Assembly: GCA_020725625.1 (NCBI GenBank)
Contig: DYET01000052.1
Span: 20,805-84,804, forward strand
Length of the DNA: 64,000 nucleotides
Reading direction: 5' to 3'
From: Desulfovirgula sp.
GTDB lineage: Bacteria; Bacillota; Desulfotomaculia; Desulfotomaculales; Desulfocucumaceae
Made by a program: the position numbers and the translations under genes. Each line of letters starts with the position of its first letter. Position 1 is the stretch's first letter. The notes beneath the pieces were generated by a model. The model was given only the letters and a program-made list of their open reading frames with translations. It had not been told where the DNA came from and ran no database searches. Below, in pieces: positions 55,977 to 64,000 of the stretch.

Positions 55977-57389
55977 TTGAGTAAATTAAGGATGTTTCTT
56001 GCCCTTGTCGTAACGCGGGTACTGACTTTTTTAATCAGGCTGCTGGGCAAGGGCAAGGGGTCGTCGTTGCCGGGCAGGATCGCCCTTAAAATTTACCCTG
56101 ATTTAATCAGGGAGGGGGCTTCTCGGGTGAAGCAGGGGATTATCCTGGTCACCGGGACAAACGGCAAGACCACCACCAACAACATGGTTGCCGGGATTTT
56201 GGAAGGTAGCGGGTATAAAGTGCTGATTAACCGGGAAGGGGCCAACCTCCTCTCCGGTCTGGCCTCGGTCTTCGGCAGGGAGATGGATGTGCTGGGCAGG
56301 CGGCACTTCGATTTTGCCTGCCTGGAGGTTGACGAGGCTGCTTTTCCCCTGGTCGCGGCCCAGCTAAGACCCCGGTTCGTGATCGTGACCAACTTTTTCC
56401 GCGACCAATTGGACAGGTACGGGGAGTTGGACAGAACCGTTTCCCTGGTCCGGGACGCCCTTAAAGGAATGGAAAGGACCAGGCTGATTCTGAACGCCGA
56501 TGACCCGCTGGTGGCCCAGCTGGGCAGAAGCACCGGCCTGCAGTCGTTATTTTACGGCGTGGCCGAACATGACGGCATCCGGACCCGGGGTTCCGCCGTC
56601 CGGGAGGCCAAATTCTGCCCGTACTGCGGCCGGGAGCTGGCCTACCGGTACTACCAGTACAGCCAACTTGGCGATTACCGGTGTGGGAACTGCGGTTTTT
56701 CCCGCCCGGACCCGGATGTGGAGGGAGTGTCACCGAGGTTTGAAGGGACCTCCACCTCCTGCCGGGTCAGGTTCCGGCAGGGATCGGCCGTTACGCTCAA
56801 CATCCCCGTGTTCGGGCTGTACAACCTGTACAATGCCCTGGCGGCATACTCCACTGCCCTTCTTCTGGGGGCCGACCCCCGGCGGACGGCCGATCTCCTG
56901 CTGGAGTACACGCCGGCCACGGGCAGGATGGAGAGGTTCCTCTACGGGGAAAAACCGGTTTTTCTCCAACTGGTGAAGAACCCCACCGGTTTCAACGAGG
57001 GGATCGGCGCCCTGGTGGGGGTAGCGGACACCCAGATGGACGTGATGATCGCCATCAACGACAACGACGCCGACGGCAGGGACATTTCCTGGCTGTGGGA
57101 TGTCGACTTCGAGTTGCTGGAGGATTTCCAGGAAAAGTTCAGGGTTTTTGTCTGCTCGGGGCAAAGGGCCGAGGAAATGGCTCTGAGGCTCAAGTACGCC
57201 GGACTTCCTCAGGCGAAGCTGGCGGTAGTCAACAACTATAAAGAGGCGGTTAAAAAGGTTCTGGACGGCGAGGCGTCCAAATCGTACATTCTGGCCACAT
57301 ACACCGCCCTGTGGCCGGTGGAAAGGATTTTGAGCGGGTATGCCCAGAGAGATCGAGGCCGGGCTGAACGTCTGCCACATGTATCCTGA
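55977..57389 (+). CDS. murT: Lipid II isoglutaminyl synthase subunit MurT (Mur-ligase domain + DUF1727)
   Basis: VTGTNGKTTT P-loop, Cys4 ribbon CPYCG...CGNCGF. Followed by gatD. TTG start after GGAGGAG. Confidence 0.88.
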   Translation: MSKLRMFLALVVTRVLTFLIRLLGKGKGSSLPGRIALKIYPDLIREGASRVKQGIILVTGTNGKTTTNNMVAGILEGSGYKVLINREGANLLSGLASVFGREMDVLGRRHFDFACLEVDEAAFPLVAAQLRPRFVIVTNFFRDQLDRYGELDRTVSLVRDALKGMERTRLILNADDPLVAQLGRSTGLQSLFYGVAEHDGIRTRGSAVREAKFCPYCGRELAYRYYQYSQLGDYRCGNCGFSRPDPDVEGVSPRFEGTSTSCRVRFRQGSAVTLNIPVFGLYNLYNALAAYSTALLLGADPRRTADLLLEYTPATGRMERFLYGEKPVFLQLVKNPTGFNEGIGALVGVADTQMDVMIAINDNDADGRDISWLWDVDFELLEDFQEKFRVFVCSGQRAEEMALRLKYAGLPQAKLAVVNNYKEAVKKVLDGEASKSYILATYTALWPVERILSGYAQRDRGRAERLPHVS

Positions 57390-58083
57390 CCTGTTGAACC
57401 TTTACGGAGACAGGGGCAACATTATGGCCTTCAGAAGGCGCTGCCAGTGGAGGGGTATCCGGGTAGAGGTCCACCCTGTAAGTATCGGCGAGAAGGTTGA
57501 CTTCTCGCAGATGGATTTTGTTTTCCTGGGCGGCGGATCCGACCGGGAGCAGAACCTGATGGCCGCCGACCTTATGGAAAGGACCGGGGACTTGAGGGAG
57601 GCCATAGAGGACGGCCTGGTGGTGCTGGCCATCTGCGGGGGCTACCAGCTGCTGGGGAAATACTACCGTACCCTTACCGGCGAGGTCATACCCGGACTCG
57701 GCATACTGGATCTCTACACGGAAGGCGGGCGGAACAGGCTCATCGGGAACGTGGCGGTGGAGGTTGAACTGGGAGGTGCGAGGCGGAGAATAACCGGTTT
57801 TGAAAACCATTCCGGCCGCACCTACCTGGGGAATCTTGAACCTCTGGGGAATGTCCTGGCGGGGCACGGCAACAACGGGGAGGACGGCAGGGAAGGGGCG
57901 CGCTATAAAAACGTTCTTTGTTCTTACCTCCACGGGCCCCTTTTGCCCAAGAACCCGTTTATCACTGACTACCTTATCTTAAGGGCGCTGCAGAGAAAAC
58001 ACCGGGACGCTTTCCTAAAACCACTGGACGACTGCCTGGAAAATGCGGCCAACGAGGTGATGTTAAAGCGCCTTCTCGGCTAG
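57340..58083 (+). CDS. gatD: Lipid II isoglutaminyl synthase glutaminase subunit GatD (CobQ-type GATase)
   Basis: YPDLLNLYGDRGN, catalytic AICGGYQLLG and a C-terminal HGP.. motif. Confidence 0.88.
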   Translation: MPREIEAGLNVCHMYPDLLNLYGDRGNIMAFRRRCQWRGIRVEVHPVSIGEKVDFSQMDFVFLGGGSDREQNLMAADLMERTGDLREAIEDGLVVLAICGGYQLLGKYYRTLTGEVIPGLGILDLYTEGGRNRLIGNVAVEVELGGARRRITGFENHSGRTYLGNLEPLGNVLAGHGNNGEDGREGARYKNVLCSYLHGPLLPKNPFITDYLILRALQRKHRDAFLKPLDDCLENAANEVMLKRLLG

Positions 58084-58121
58084 TGCCGGGTTTACGGCTC
58101 CGGGCAGGCGGCCGGCGGCAG

Positions 58122-58162
58122 TCAATCAAGCCTCCGCGAATCCGGTGCGAAGGCATGATTGA
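58122..58162. terminator. Long imperfect hairpin between convergent gatD and nagA
   Basis: TCAATCAAGCCT (58122-58133) pairs with AGGCATGATTGA (58151-58162), 11 of 12 positions. No clear U-tract. Confidence 0.4.
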
Positions 58163-59464
58163 TTAACAATTCCTGTTCCTGGCTCCCGGTTCCAGGTTAC
58201 TGTACACGATTTCGCCGCCAACCATGGTCAGCTTGACGTTAAGGTCCCCGTCCAGCAGAACGAGGTCGGCGTCCATTCCCGGGGCCAGGGCCCCCTTGGT
58301 ATTTTCGATTCCCAGAACCCGGGCGGGGTTCAGGCTGGCCATCCGGATGGCCTCGTGAAGGGGTATGCCCGCCAGTTTGATCATGTTTCTGACCGCTTCG
58401 ATCATGGTCAGGGCGCTGCCTGCCATTGAGTTGTCGGGTAGGGTAATTTTCCTGTTGACCATCGAAATATTTCGATCGTTGAAAACGTACTCTCCGTCCG
58501 GCATGCCGGCGGCAGAAATGGCGTCCGTGGCCAGGGTCAGCCCCCTTCTCCCCTTGACCGAATGCAGCAGCTTCAACATTGAAGGGTGGAGGTGGTGCCC
58601 GTCGGCAATGATCTCGGCGCTGATTTCCCTGCATGCCAGGACCGCTCCCACCAGTCCGGGCTCCCGGTGGTGGAGGGGGGCGGAGGCGTTAAAAAGGTGG
58701 ACTGCGTGCCGTATTCCCGCCCTAAAGGCCGAGATCGCGATTTCATAAGGGGCCTCGGAGTGCCCGGCGGCAACCACAATGCCCTCCTGGACCAGCATTT
58801 TTATGAGATCGATGCAGCCGGGGAGCTCCGGGGCCACGGTAACCATTTTTAAAGTTCCCTCGCAGAGGGACACCAGGTAAAACATCTCTTCCAGGTTGAC
58901 ATCCTTAAGGTAGGCCGGGTTGATGGCGCCCGACCGCCGTGGGTTGAGGTACGGGCCTTCCAGGTGCGCTCCCAGGAGTTGAGATCCTTCGGTGTTTCTA
59001 AGGGTAAGGGCGTTTATCGTAGACAGGGTTTTTTCAAACAGGTTTCTGGGGGCGGGGACCACGGTGGCCAGGAAGGACGTCGTCCCGCCCCTGGCGTGGA
59101 AAGCAGCCATCTCCCTGATGGCCCTGGCCGAACCTTCCAGTATGTCATACCCGTTTCCCCCGTGAACATGCATGTCGATAAAGCCCGGGGCGATGTACAG
59201 GCCTTCGGCGTCAATCTTGACGCATTCCTGATCGCACGGGCCGCTGCAGCAGCAATCCTTCTGGTCGCTCGGGGGCTTGGTCAAAACAGGGGGCGGGCTC
59301 CCCGGTTTTGGCCGCCCAATGGAGCAGGAAAGCCCGGTGTAGAGGTTCTCGGGCCTTAGGGCACCCGGTATGGCGAGTTTCCCCCGGGTTACCAGAAGCC
59401 CTGAATTGGGCACAGTTCCGCTGGAGGTAACCAGTTGTCCCCCGCAGATTAAATAATCTATCAT
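58163..59464 (-). CDS. nagA: N-acetylglucosamine-6-phosphate deacetylase with a Pro/Cys-rich N-terminal insertion
   Basis: PGFIDMHVHGGNGYD, HLEGPYLNP, AAGHSEA and HLFNA..PLHHREPGLVGA motifs. Confidence 0.88.
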   Translation of the reverse strand: MIDYLICGGQLVTSSGTVPNSGLLVTRGKLAIPGALRPENLYTGLSCSIGRPKPGSPPPVLTKPPSDQKDCCCSGPCDQECVKIDAEGLYIAPGFIDMHVHGGNGYDILEGSARAIREMAAFHARGGTTSFLATVVPAPRNLFEKTLSTINALTLRNTEGSQLLGAHLEGPYLNPRRSGAINPAYLKDVNLEEMFYLVSLCEGTLKMVTVAPELPGCIDLIKMLVQEGIVVAAGHSEAPYEIAISAFRAGIRHAVHLFNASAPLHHREPGLVGAVLACREISAEIIADGHHLHPSMLKLLHSVKGRRGLTLATDAISAAGMPDGEYVFNDRNISMVNRKITLPDNSMAGSALTMIEAVRNMIKLAGIPLHEAIRMASLNPARVLGIENTKGALAPGMDADLVLLDGDLNVKLTMVGGEIVYSNLEPGARNRNC

Positions 59465-59687
59465 TTTTCTGCCACCCGCGAAAGGTATTGGACTGATTAG
59501 TAATTTGCCACCCTGATCATAAAATCCTCCTTTCCGGGTTTCCTTAATATGCCGTATTTAGTTTTGTAAGGGTGGGGTTTTTCTAGCCGAATTACCCGGC
59601 CCGCCGGAGGGATAAAAAAATTCGCCGCGGTTATAATATTAATGCTGCATACAGGCAGTAAACCAGCCTCCTAAATCTCTCTCAGCA

Positions 59688-59713
59688 CCCCGCCGGCCGG
59701 CGGGGCTTTTTTT
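59688..59713 (+). terminator. Intrinsic terminator (plus strand only) in the nagA / acyl-CoA synthetase intergenic region
   Basis: CCCCGCC-ggcc-GGCGGGG, then C and TTTTTTT. Confidence 0.8.
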
Positions 59714-59855
59714 ATCGTATAGTAATTTATGCCTTCCAGTCGCCCGAAGCGAGCAGCAAGGCTTTAATCCACCCCCGGCCCGAGTTTTGATAATTTGCTG
59801 GTGCCGCTTGCGTAAGTTTGGTGCCGGGTACCTAGGGGGGGTAAATAGTGTCAGC

Positions 59856-59933
59856 CGGAAACGTTTTCACAAGGGCTGGATGTACACCGGCGGCCTGGCC
59901 GCCTGGGACGAAGAGGAGTATATTACAAGACTA
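59856..59933 (+). pseudogene. Short decayed remnant of an AMP-dependent synthetase gene
   Basis: Frame of track ORF 59787..59975 reads RKRFHKGWMYTGGLAAWDEEEYITRL. Compare the family motif F..GW..TGD......dGY..i.GR. The key residues are degraded (TGD to TGG, DGY to EEY). Confidence 0.4.
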
Positions 59934-59971
59934 TCTGTGCCGGAGAGCAATAGAAGAAGGGAGGGTTCTCG

Positions 59972-61606
59972 GTGATACCCTACAGCAGGGAAATAATTGA
60001 ACAATACGAACAGAGGGGCTGGTGGGGGAAGAAAACGCTGGTCGATTATATAGATGACAATGCGGCTAAATTCCCCGACAAAGTGGCCTATGTGGACGCT
60101 CAGAAAAGCATAACCTGGGCCGAGGTCTGGAGGATGGTCCGTCGCCTGACTATAGCCCTGTCTGAACTGGGCATAAAAAAAGATCAGTTTGTGATCACCC
60201 AGATTCCCAACTCCATAGAGTTTGTTCTGGTCCACTATGCCCTTGCCAGGCTGGGGGCGGTTACCGTGCCCGTGGTAATGCCCTTCCGCAGGCACGAACT
60301 GGACTATATCCTCGGCCTTTCCGACGCCGTAGCAGCGGTAATTCCTTGGGAGTATAATAAACACAACTATCTGGTGATGTTTCAAAATTTACAGAATAAA
60401 CACCCCCAATTGAGGCATCTCATTGTTTACGGCAAGGAGGAGGTGCCGGAGGGCACGGTTTCCCTGGCGAGAATGATGGAAGTGCCCGTCGAGGAAAAAT
60501 ACCCGCCCGAATATGCGGAAAAGTTCAGGCCGGACGCCAACGACGTGGTTACCATGTGTTTGACCTCAGGCACCGAGGCCCAGATAAAGGGGGTGCCCCG
60601 TACGCACAACAACTGGATCGCCTTTGCCAGGGTGGTTCCCCACGACGCCTGGGGCAGAAACAGCAGCGACGACGTCCTGGTCACCCCGCTTCCCCTGCCC
60701 AATCTCTTCGGCCTGGGCTGTGGGCTCTACGGTGCGCTGTTGCTGGGACAGAAGATGGTAATGCTGGAGAGTTTCAACCCCGAGGAGTGCGTAAGGACCA
60801 TCGAGGCCCACCGGGCCACTCACTTCATGGGGGTGCCGGCCATGCACATATCGATGCTCAACTCCCCGGCCATGGCCGTGACCGATTTGAGTTCGCTGGT
60901 GCGGGTGGTTGCCGGCGGCGCCCCGGCTCCCAGCATAATGATTGAACATTACATGAAGATAGGCGTAGGGGTAGTGAACGGGTGGGGTGCCAACGAGGGT
61001 ACTTTCTGCGGCACCAGGTGGGACCAAAAGGAGCACCTGGCCGACTCCATCGGGCCTCATCCGCCCAGTTACGACATGAAAATTGTGGACGAAGAGGGCA
61101 ATCCCCTGCCGCCGGGCCGGGTGGGAGAAATTGCCATGCGCGGGCCGTGCATCTTTCCCGGGTACCATAAGCGCCCGGACTTAAACGAGAAGGCCTTTGA
61201 CCGGGAAGGGTATTTTTACTCCGGCGACCTGGGGATGCTGGGGTTTGACGGGTTCTACCGCTTCTGCGGGCGGAAGAAAGACCTGATTATCCGGGGAGGG
61301 CAAAATATAAGCGCCGAGGAAGTTGAATTCTTACTCCAGGAGCATCCCAGGGTACTCTTTGTAGCTGCTGTGGGCATGCCGGACGACCGGCTGGGGGAGA
61401 GGACCTGCGTTTACATCCAGCCGAAGGTTGCCGGAGACAGGTTAACCCTGGAAGAAGTGGTGGCCTTCCTGAAGGAAAAGGACATTGCCGCCTACAAGCT
61501 GCCGGAGAGGGTGGAAATTATCGAAGAACTGCCCCGCACGCCAACGGGCAAGGTTCAGAAGTTCAAGCTGAGGGAAGACATAGCCCAAAAGCTGGCCAAA
61601 CAATAA
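59972..61606 (+). CDS. AMP-binding acyl-CoA synthetase / adenylate-forming ligase (substrate unknown)
   Basis: 544 aa with TSGTEAQIKGV (A3-like), YFYSGDLG, GRKKDLIIRGGQNI and PRTPTGKVQKF motifs. GTG after GAAGGGAGGG. Confidence 0.88.
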   Translation: MIPYSREIIEQYEQRGWWGKKTLVDYIDDNAAKFPDKVAYVDAQKSITWAEVWRMVRRLTIALSELGIKKDQFVITQIPNSIEFVLVHYALARLGAVTVPVVMPFRRHELDYILGLSDAVAAVIPWEYNKHNYLVMFQNLQNKHPQLRHLIVYGKEEVPEGTVSLARMMEVPVEEKYPPEYAEKFRPDANDVVTMCLTSGTEAQIKGVPRTHNNWIAFARVVPHDAWGRNSSDDVLVTPLPLPNLFGLGCGLYGALLLGQKMVMLESFNPEECVRTIEAHRATHFMGVPAMHISMLNSPAMAVTDLSSLVRVVAGGAPAPSIMIEHYMKIGVGVVNGWGANEGTFCGTRWDQKEHLADSIGPHPPSYDMKIVDEEGNPLPPGRVGEIAMRGPCIFPGYHKRPDLNEKAFDREGYFYSGDLGMLGFDGFYRFCGRKKDLIIRGGQNISAEEVEFLLQEHPRVLFVAAVGMPDDRLGERTCVYIQPKVAGDRLTLEEVVAFLKEKDIAAYKLPERVEIIEELPRTPTGKVQKFKLREDIAQKLAKQ

Positions 61607-61701
61607 GGCACGGTTTATCATGTCCCGCCAAGGCTGTCCTTAAAATATAATACAGGCAACCTGCAATCGCCGCGGGAAGTGGAGATTGCGGGCGGCTAAA
61701 G

Positions 61702-62757
61702 TCAGCCGGTTCCGTATACCCGGTACCGCCTGGTCAGCGGGCACCCCGCCACCTCGGAGACAATCCTGATCATCACCTTGTTTTCTTCATGGATCATGGA
61801 TATGTCGGCCTGGCCGTAACCTTTCCGGAACATGGTTTGCAGGGACCGTTCGATCAAATATGAATCCAGTCCCCTGTGCCGGTACTCGGGGACCACCCCG
61901 AGGACGGCTGCCCTCACGGTCCTGGAAGGTCCGGGCCCGGAAAGGGCGGTGGGCAAAAAAAGAAGTATTCCCGCAGGCCGCCCTTCAACCCAGACGGACA
62001 GCAGCAGATCCCGGTCGGCGTGCTGCCGGCAGAAACTAATCATCGACAACGACTCTTCGATGGTGAGGGGGATGTAGCCCCAGTTGGCGGACATTGAGCG
62101 GTTGAACATGTCCCTGACCAGGCGGGCGTCCTGCACTATATCGGCAAGGTTCAGCGTCCTTAAAACGGAGTTTCCCCTGCTGCGCACCCTTTCTGCCAGC
62201 CGGGCTATTTTTTCCGGTATGCCCATGGCCGGGTACCAGCTGAAGGTGACCAGGTCGGCGTGCTTGACCAGGCCGGATTTTTCCATCAGGCCGCCGTAAT
62301 ATGGGGGGTTGAATGGGAGCATGATTTGAGGCCCGGCATCATATCCCTCGATGAGGATGCCGACCTGCTGGTTCGTGTTGAATGTGGCGGGGCCGATCAT
62401 TTTTAGGCAGCCGTTGCCGGCCAGCCAGCGGCGGGCCGTGTCGACCAGGGCCGACGCGGCCTCCGCATCGTCTTCGGATTCAAAGCAGCCAAAAAAGCCG
62501 GTCCCGGCGTCCGGGTTGAGAAAATCCTTGACGGCCGCAATCCGTCCGACCGGGACCTTACCTCTCAGGGCTAAAAAATAAGCTGTTTCAAGGTGCCTGT
62601 GGACCGGGTTGACCTGCGGGTCGTAGTTGGCCAGGCTGTCCGGCTGCGGGCCTGACCGCGGCCGGGCGTAGGCGGAAATGGACAGGGGAAGATCTACAAA
62701 GGCCGCCATGTCGTGGATATGTCTGACTGTCTTGATTTCAAGGGACAAGGGGATCAT
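61702..62757 (-). CDS. GNAT-like acyl-CoA N-acyltransferase superfamily protein (two-lobed, about 350 aa)
   Basis: The C-terminal VLGVVPEYRHRGLDSYLIERSL resembles the GNAT motif A region. The overall family call is tentative. Confidence 0.5.
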   Translation of the reverse strand: MIPLSLEIKTVRHIHDMAAFVDLPLSISAYARPRSGPQPDSLANYDPQVNPVHRHLETAYFLALRGKVPVGRIAAVKDFLNPDAGTGFFGCFESEDDAEAASALVDTARRWLAGNGCLKMIGPATFNTNQQVGILIEGYDAGPQIMLPFNPPYYGGLMEKSGLVKHADLVTFSWYPAMGIPEKIARLAERVRSRGNSVLRTLNLADIVQDARLVRDMFNRSMSANWGYIPLTIEESLSMISFCRQHADRDLLLSVWVEGRPAGILLFLPTALSGPGPSRTVRAAVLGVVPEYRHRGLDSYLIERSLQTMFRKGYGQADISMIHEENKVMIRIVSEVAGCPLTRRYRVYGTG

Positions 62758-62805
62758 TCCCTTTTTTTAATCTTAAAGTATGCATCCGTGAGCCCCATTG
62801 TGCGG

Positions 62806-62832
62806 AACAAAAAGCCCCCTTGCCGGGGGGGC
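62806..62832 (-). terminator. Intrinsic terminator (minus strand)
   Basis: Minus-strand reading: GCCCCC-loop-GGGGGC followed by TTTTTGTT. Confidence 0.7.
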
Positions 62833-62863
62833 CTGCTTTTCGTTTGGAAAAGCATATGACACC

Positions 62864-62894
62864 TAAAAAAAAGCTGCCCGGAGGGCGGCTTTTT
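62864..62894. terminator. Bidirectional intrinsic terminator
   Basis: AAAAAAAAGCTGCCC-gga-GGGCGGCTTTTTT. Confidence 0.8.
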
Positions 62895-62909
62895 TAACGT
62901 TTTCAGGTT

Positions 62910-63065
62910 TAGAACTCGAAGAAGCTGCCTATTACCAGCCCGGACACCACGGCCACGATGACGCTTACGGCAACCCAGACAAGATCTTTCTTGGCCCTTT
63001 CCACGGTTACCTCCAGGGTATTCGTCTGAGGGGCTGCCTGCACAACCTGTTTCGGCCTGACCAAA
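62910..63065 (-). CDS. Small hypothetical membrane protein (51 aa, C-terminal TM helix)
   Basis: Not in the track (under 60 aa, and a different frame from track ORF 62754..63071). TTG 63065 lies 8 nt after GGAGG. Translation (M)VRPKQVVQAAPQTNTLEVTVERAKKDLVWVAVSVIVAVVSGLVIGSFFEF. Followed at once by a terminator. Confidence 0.55.
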
Positions 63066-63102
63066 TCCCATACCTCCTATCCTGATACAAGTATATTACG
63101 GG

Positions 63103-63960
63103 CTAAGGCCACTGAATCGGTATTTTCACCGTGTCGGCCGGCGTGTCGCTGCCGGAACCGACCCGGTATACCTCTAGGGTGCCGCTTCCCTTCCCCGGAG
63201 GCGTGAAGGTCAGTTTCATTTCAAAATCCACCCTGCCGCCGACCTCCCGGGAAAACTGGATGCGATCCTCGGCTATCTGTTTTCCTGCCGGGTCCAGCAG
63301 GCGGGCATTCACCGTGCCCTCGAAGGCCCTGGCGCTTCCCTTGACCAGCAGTGGAACCCCGGCTGCCTGCCCGACTGCCGGGTGGGTGACCCAGACGGCA
63401 GGTTCCATGACCTTGTCCAGGTTGCGCTTGAACGGCTGCTCATACAGCCCCACGTGCCCCCACCACTCACGGGTCCGGCCGTCAACCTTGCCTTCCACCT
63501 GAAAGGAAACTTCCCGGATCTGGGGAAACTCGGTGAGAGTGTTGACTATGCTTTGGATTCCCAGGGCCTCCCCGGCAGACCCCACGTTGGCCGACAATAC
63601 TTCTTTGGAGAAATTTACTGTGGCCAGGCCGTCTTTGACACTAATGCCCAGCAGGCGGGTGTCCGGCGGCAGGGTTCTGGCCGCACCCTCGGTTTTGGGA
63701 TCGGACTTGATCAGTTCGTTTATCGCCGCCCGGGGCCCGTCCTCAGTATAGGGAACCCGGTGGATTTCCCTGACCAGGTAGGTGTCGTTATCCTTTGTTT
63801 TAACGTAATAGAGGGCCACATCGAAGGTCTCCTTTTGGATCCCGGCCTTGGCGGCGGGGGCGGGGCTCGGCGGGGCGGCGGCCTTTGGCGAGTAACAGCC
63901 GTAGGTTACCGTAGCGGCCATCAGGACCGCCAGCAGGAATAGCTTTCTGATACTGTCCAC
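63103..63960 (-). CDS. GerMN-domain lipoprotein with a C-terminal Ig-like (Gmad2-type) domain (sporulation/germination-associated)
   Basis: Signal peptide and lipobox (TVTYGC). FDVALYYV...LVREIHRVP...PRAAINELI...GISVKDGLATVNFS is a GerM repeat pattern. Confidence 0.75.
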   Translation of the reverse strand: MDSIRKLFLLAVLMAATVTYGCYSPKAAAPPSPAPAAKAGIQKETFDVALYYVKTKDNDTYLVREIHRVPYTEDGPRAAINELIKSDPKTEGAARTLPPDTRLLGISVKDGLATVNFSKEVLSANVGSAGEALGIQSIVNTLTEFPQIREVSFQVEGKVDGRTREWWGHVGLYEQPFKRNLDKVMEPAVWVTHPAVGQAAGVPLLVKGSARAFEGTVNARLLDPAGKQIAEDRIQFSREVGGRVDFEMKLTFTPPGKGSGTLEVYRVGSGSDTPADTVKIPIQWP

Positions 63961-64000
63961 CCCCTTGGCTTTGAAAGAGTCGTGGCGGGCTTAAACCTTT

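Overview
64-kb chromosomal window from a fairly high-GC, spore-forming Firmicute. This is inferred from gene content typical of Clostridia such as Peptococcaceae or Desulfotomaculum: SpoIID, GerM, a BofC-like protein, YteA, SigI/RsgI. I call about 60 protein genes and see no rRNA, tRNA, CRISPR array or recognisable mobile element. Many long ORFs in the track are antisense shadow ORFs of a GC-rich genome and are not called.

Gene blocks, in order:
- 1-7.8 kb (minus strand): taurine dissimilation cluster. It holds a NitT/TauT-type ABC importer, sulfoacetaldehyde acetyltransferase Xsc, taurine:pyruvate aminotransferase, alanine dehydrogenase, a GntR regulator and acetate kinase.
- 8-10.7 kb: GlcD/GlcF-like FAD/Fe-S oxidase pair.
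- 10.9-13.4 kb: YmaF-like His-rich protein, an HDAC-family deacetylase and a TtcA-like PP-loop ATPase.
- 13.8-22.2 kb: two efflux modules (MFP-RND, then MarR + two HlyD-type adaptors + a DHA2 MFS pump).
- 22.4-27.7 kb: peptide/nickel-type ABC importer.
- 27.9-35.1 kb: cation:proton antiporter, a ferredoxin, small orphan genes, an SCP2 protein and TrkA/TrkH.
- 35.2-47.2 kb: housekeeping block with the order yebC, bofC-like, ruvCAB, queH, spoIID-like, queA, tgt, yajC, secDF.
- 47.3-51.6 kb: YteA, a CDF exporter and sigI-rsgI.
- 51.8-55.8 kb: NCS2 permease, then cbiQ-cbiO plus a DUF4198 protein.
- 56-64 kb: murT-gatD, nagA, an acyl-CoA synthetase, a GNAT-like protein and a GerM lipoprotein.

The two most interesting non-coding signals:
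1. A conserved pair of small hairpins (CC-AUGAA-GG and CC-ACGGA-GG) sits in three separate leaders, all upstream of Ni/Co-type uptake genes, and is wired into terminator-like structures. I could not assign it to any riboswitch class I know.
2. A roughly 430-nt array at 31.78-32.21 kb contains five uniform 15-bp hairpins plus degenerate copies. The hairpins show compensatory stem changes and conserved A-rich or GNRA-like loops. The array lies after an orphan gene and ends at a strong terminator.

A third signal is an identical 15-nt operator-like box placed the same way at the promoters of the taurine-cluster regulator and of ackA. All family assignments come from reading the translations by eye; no database search was run.
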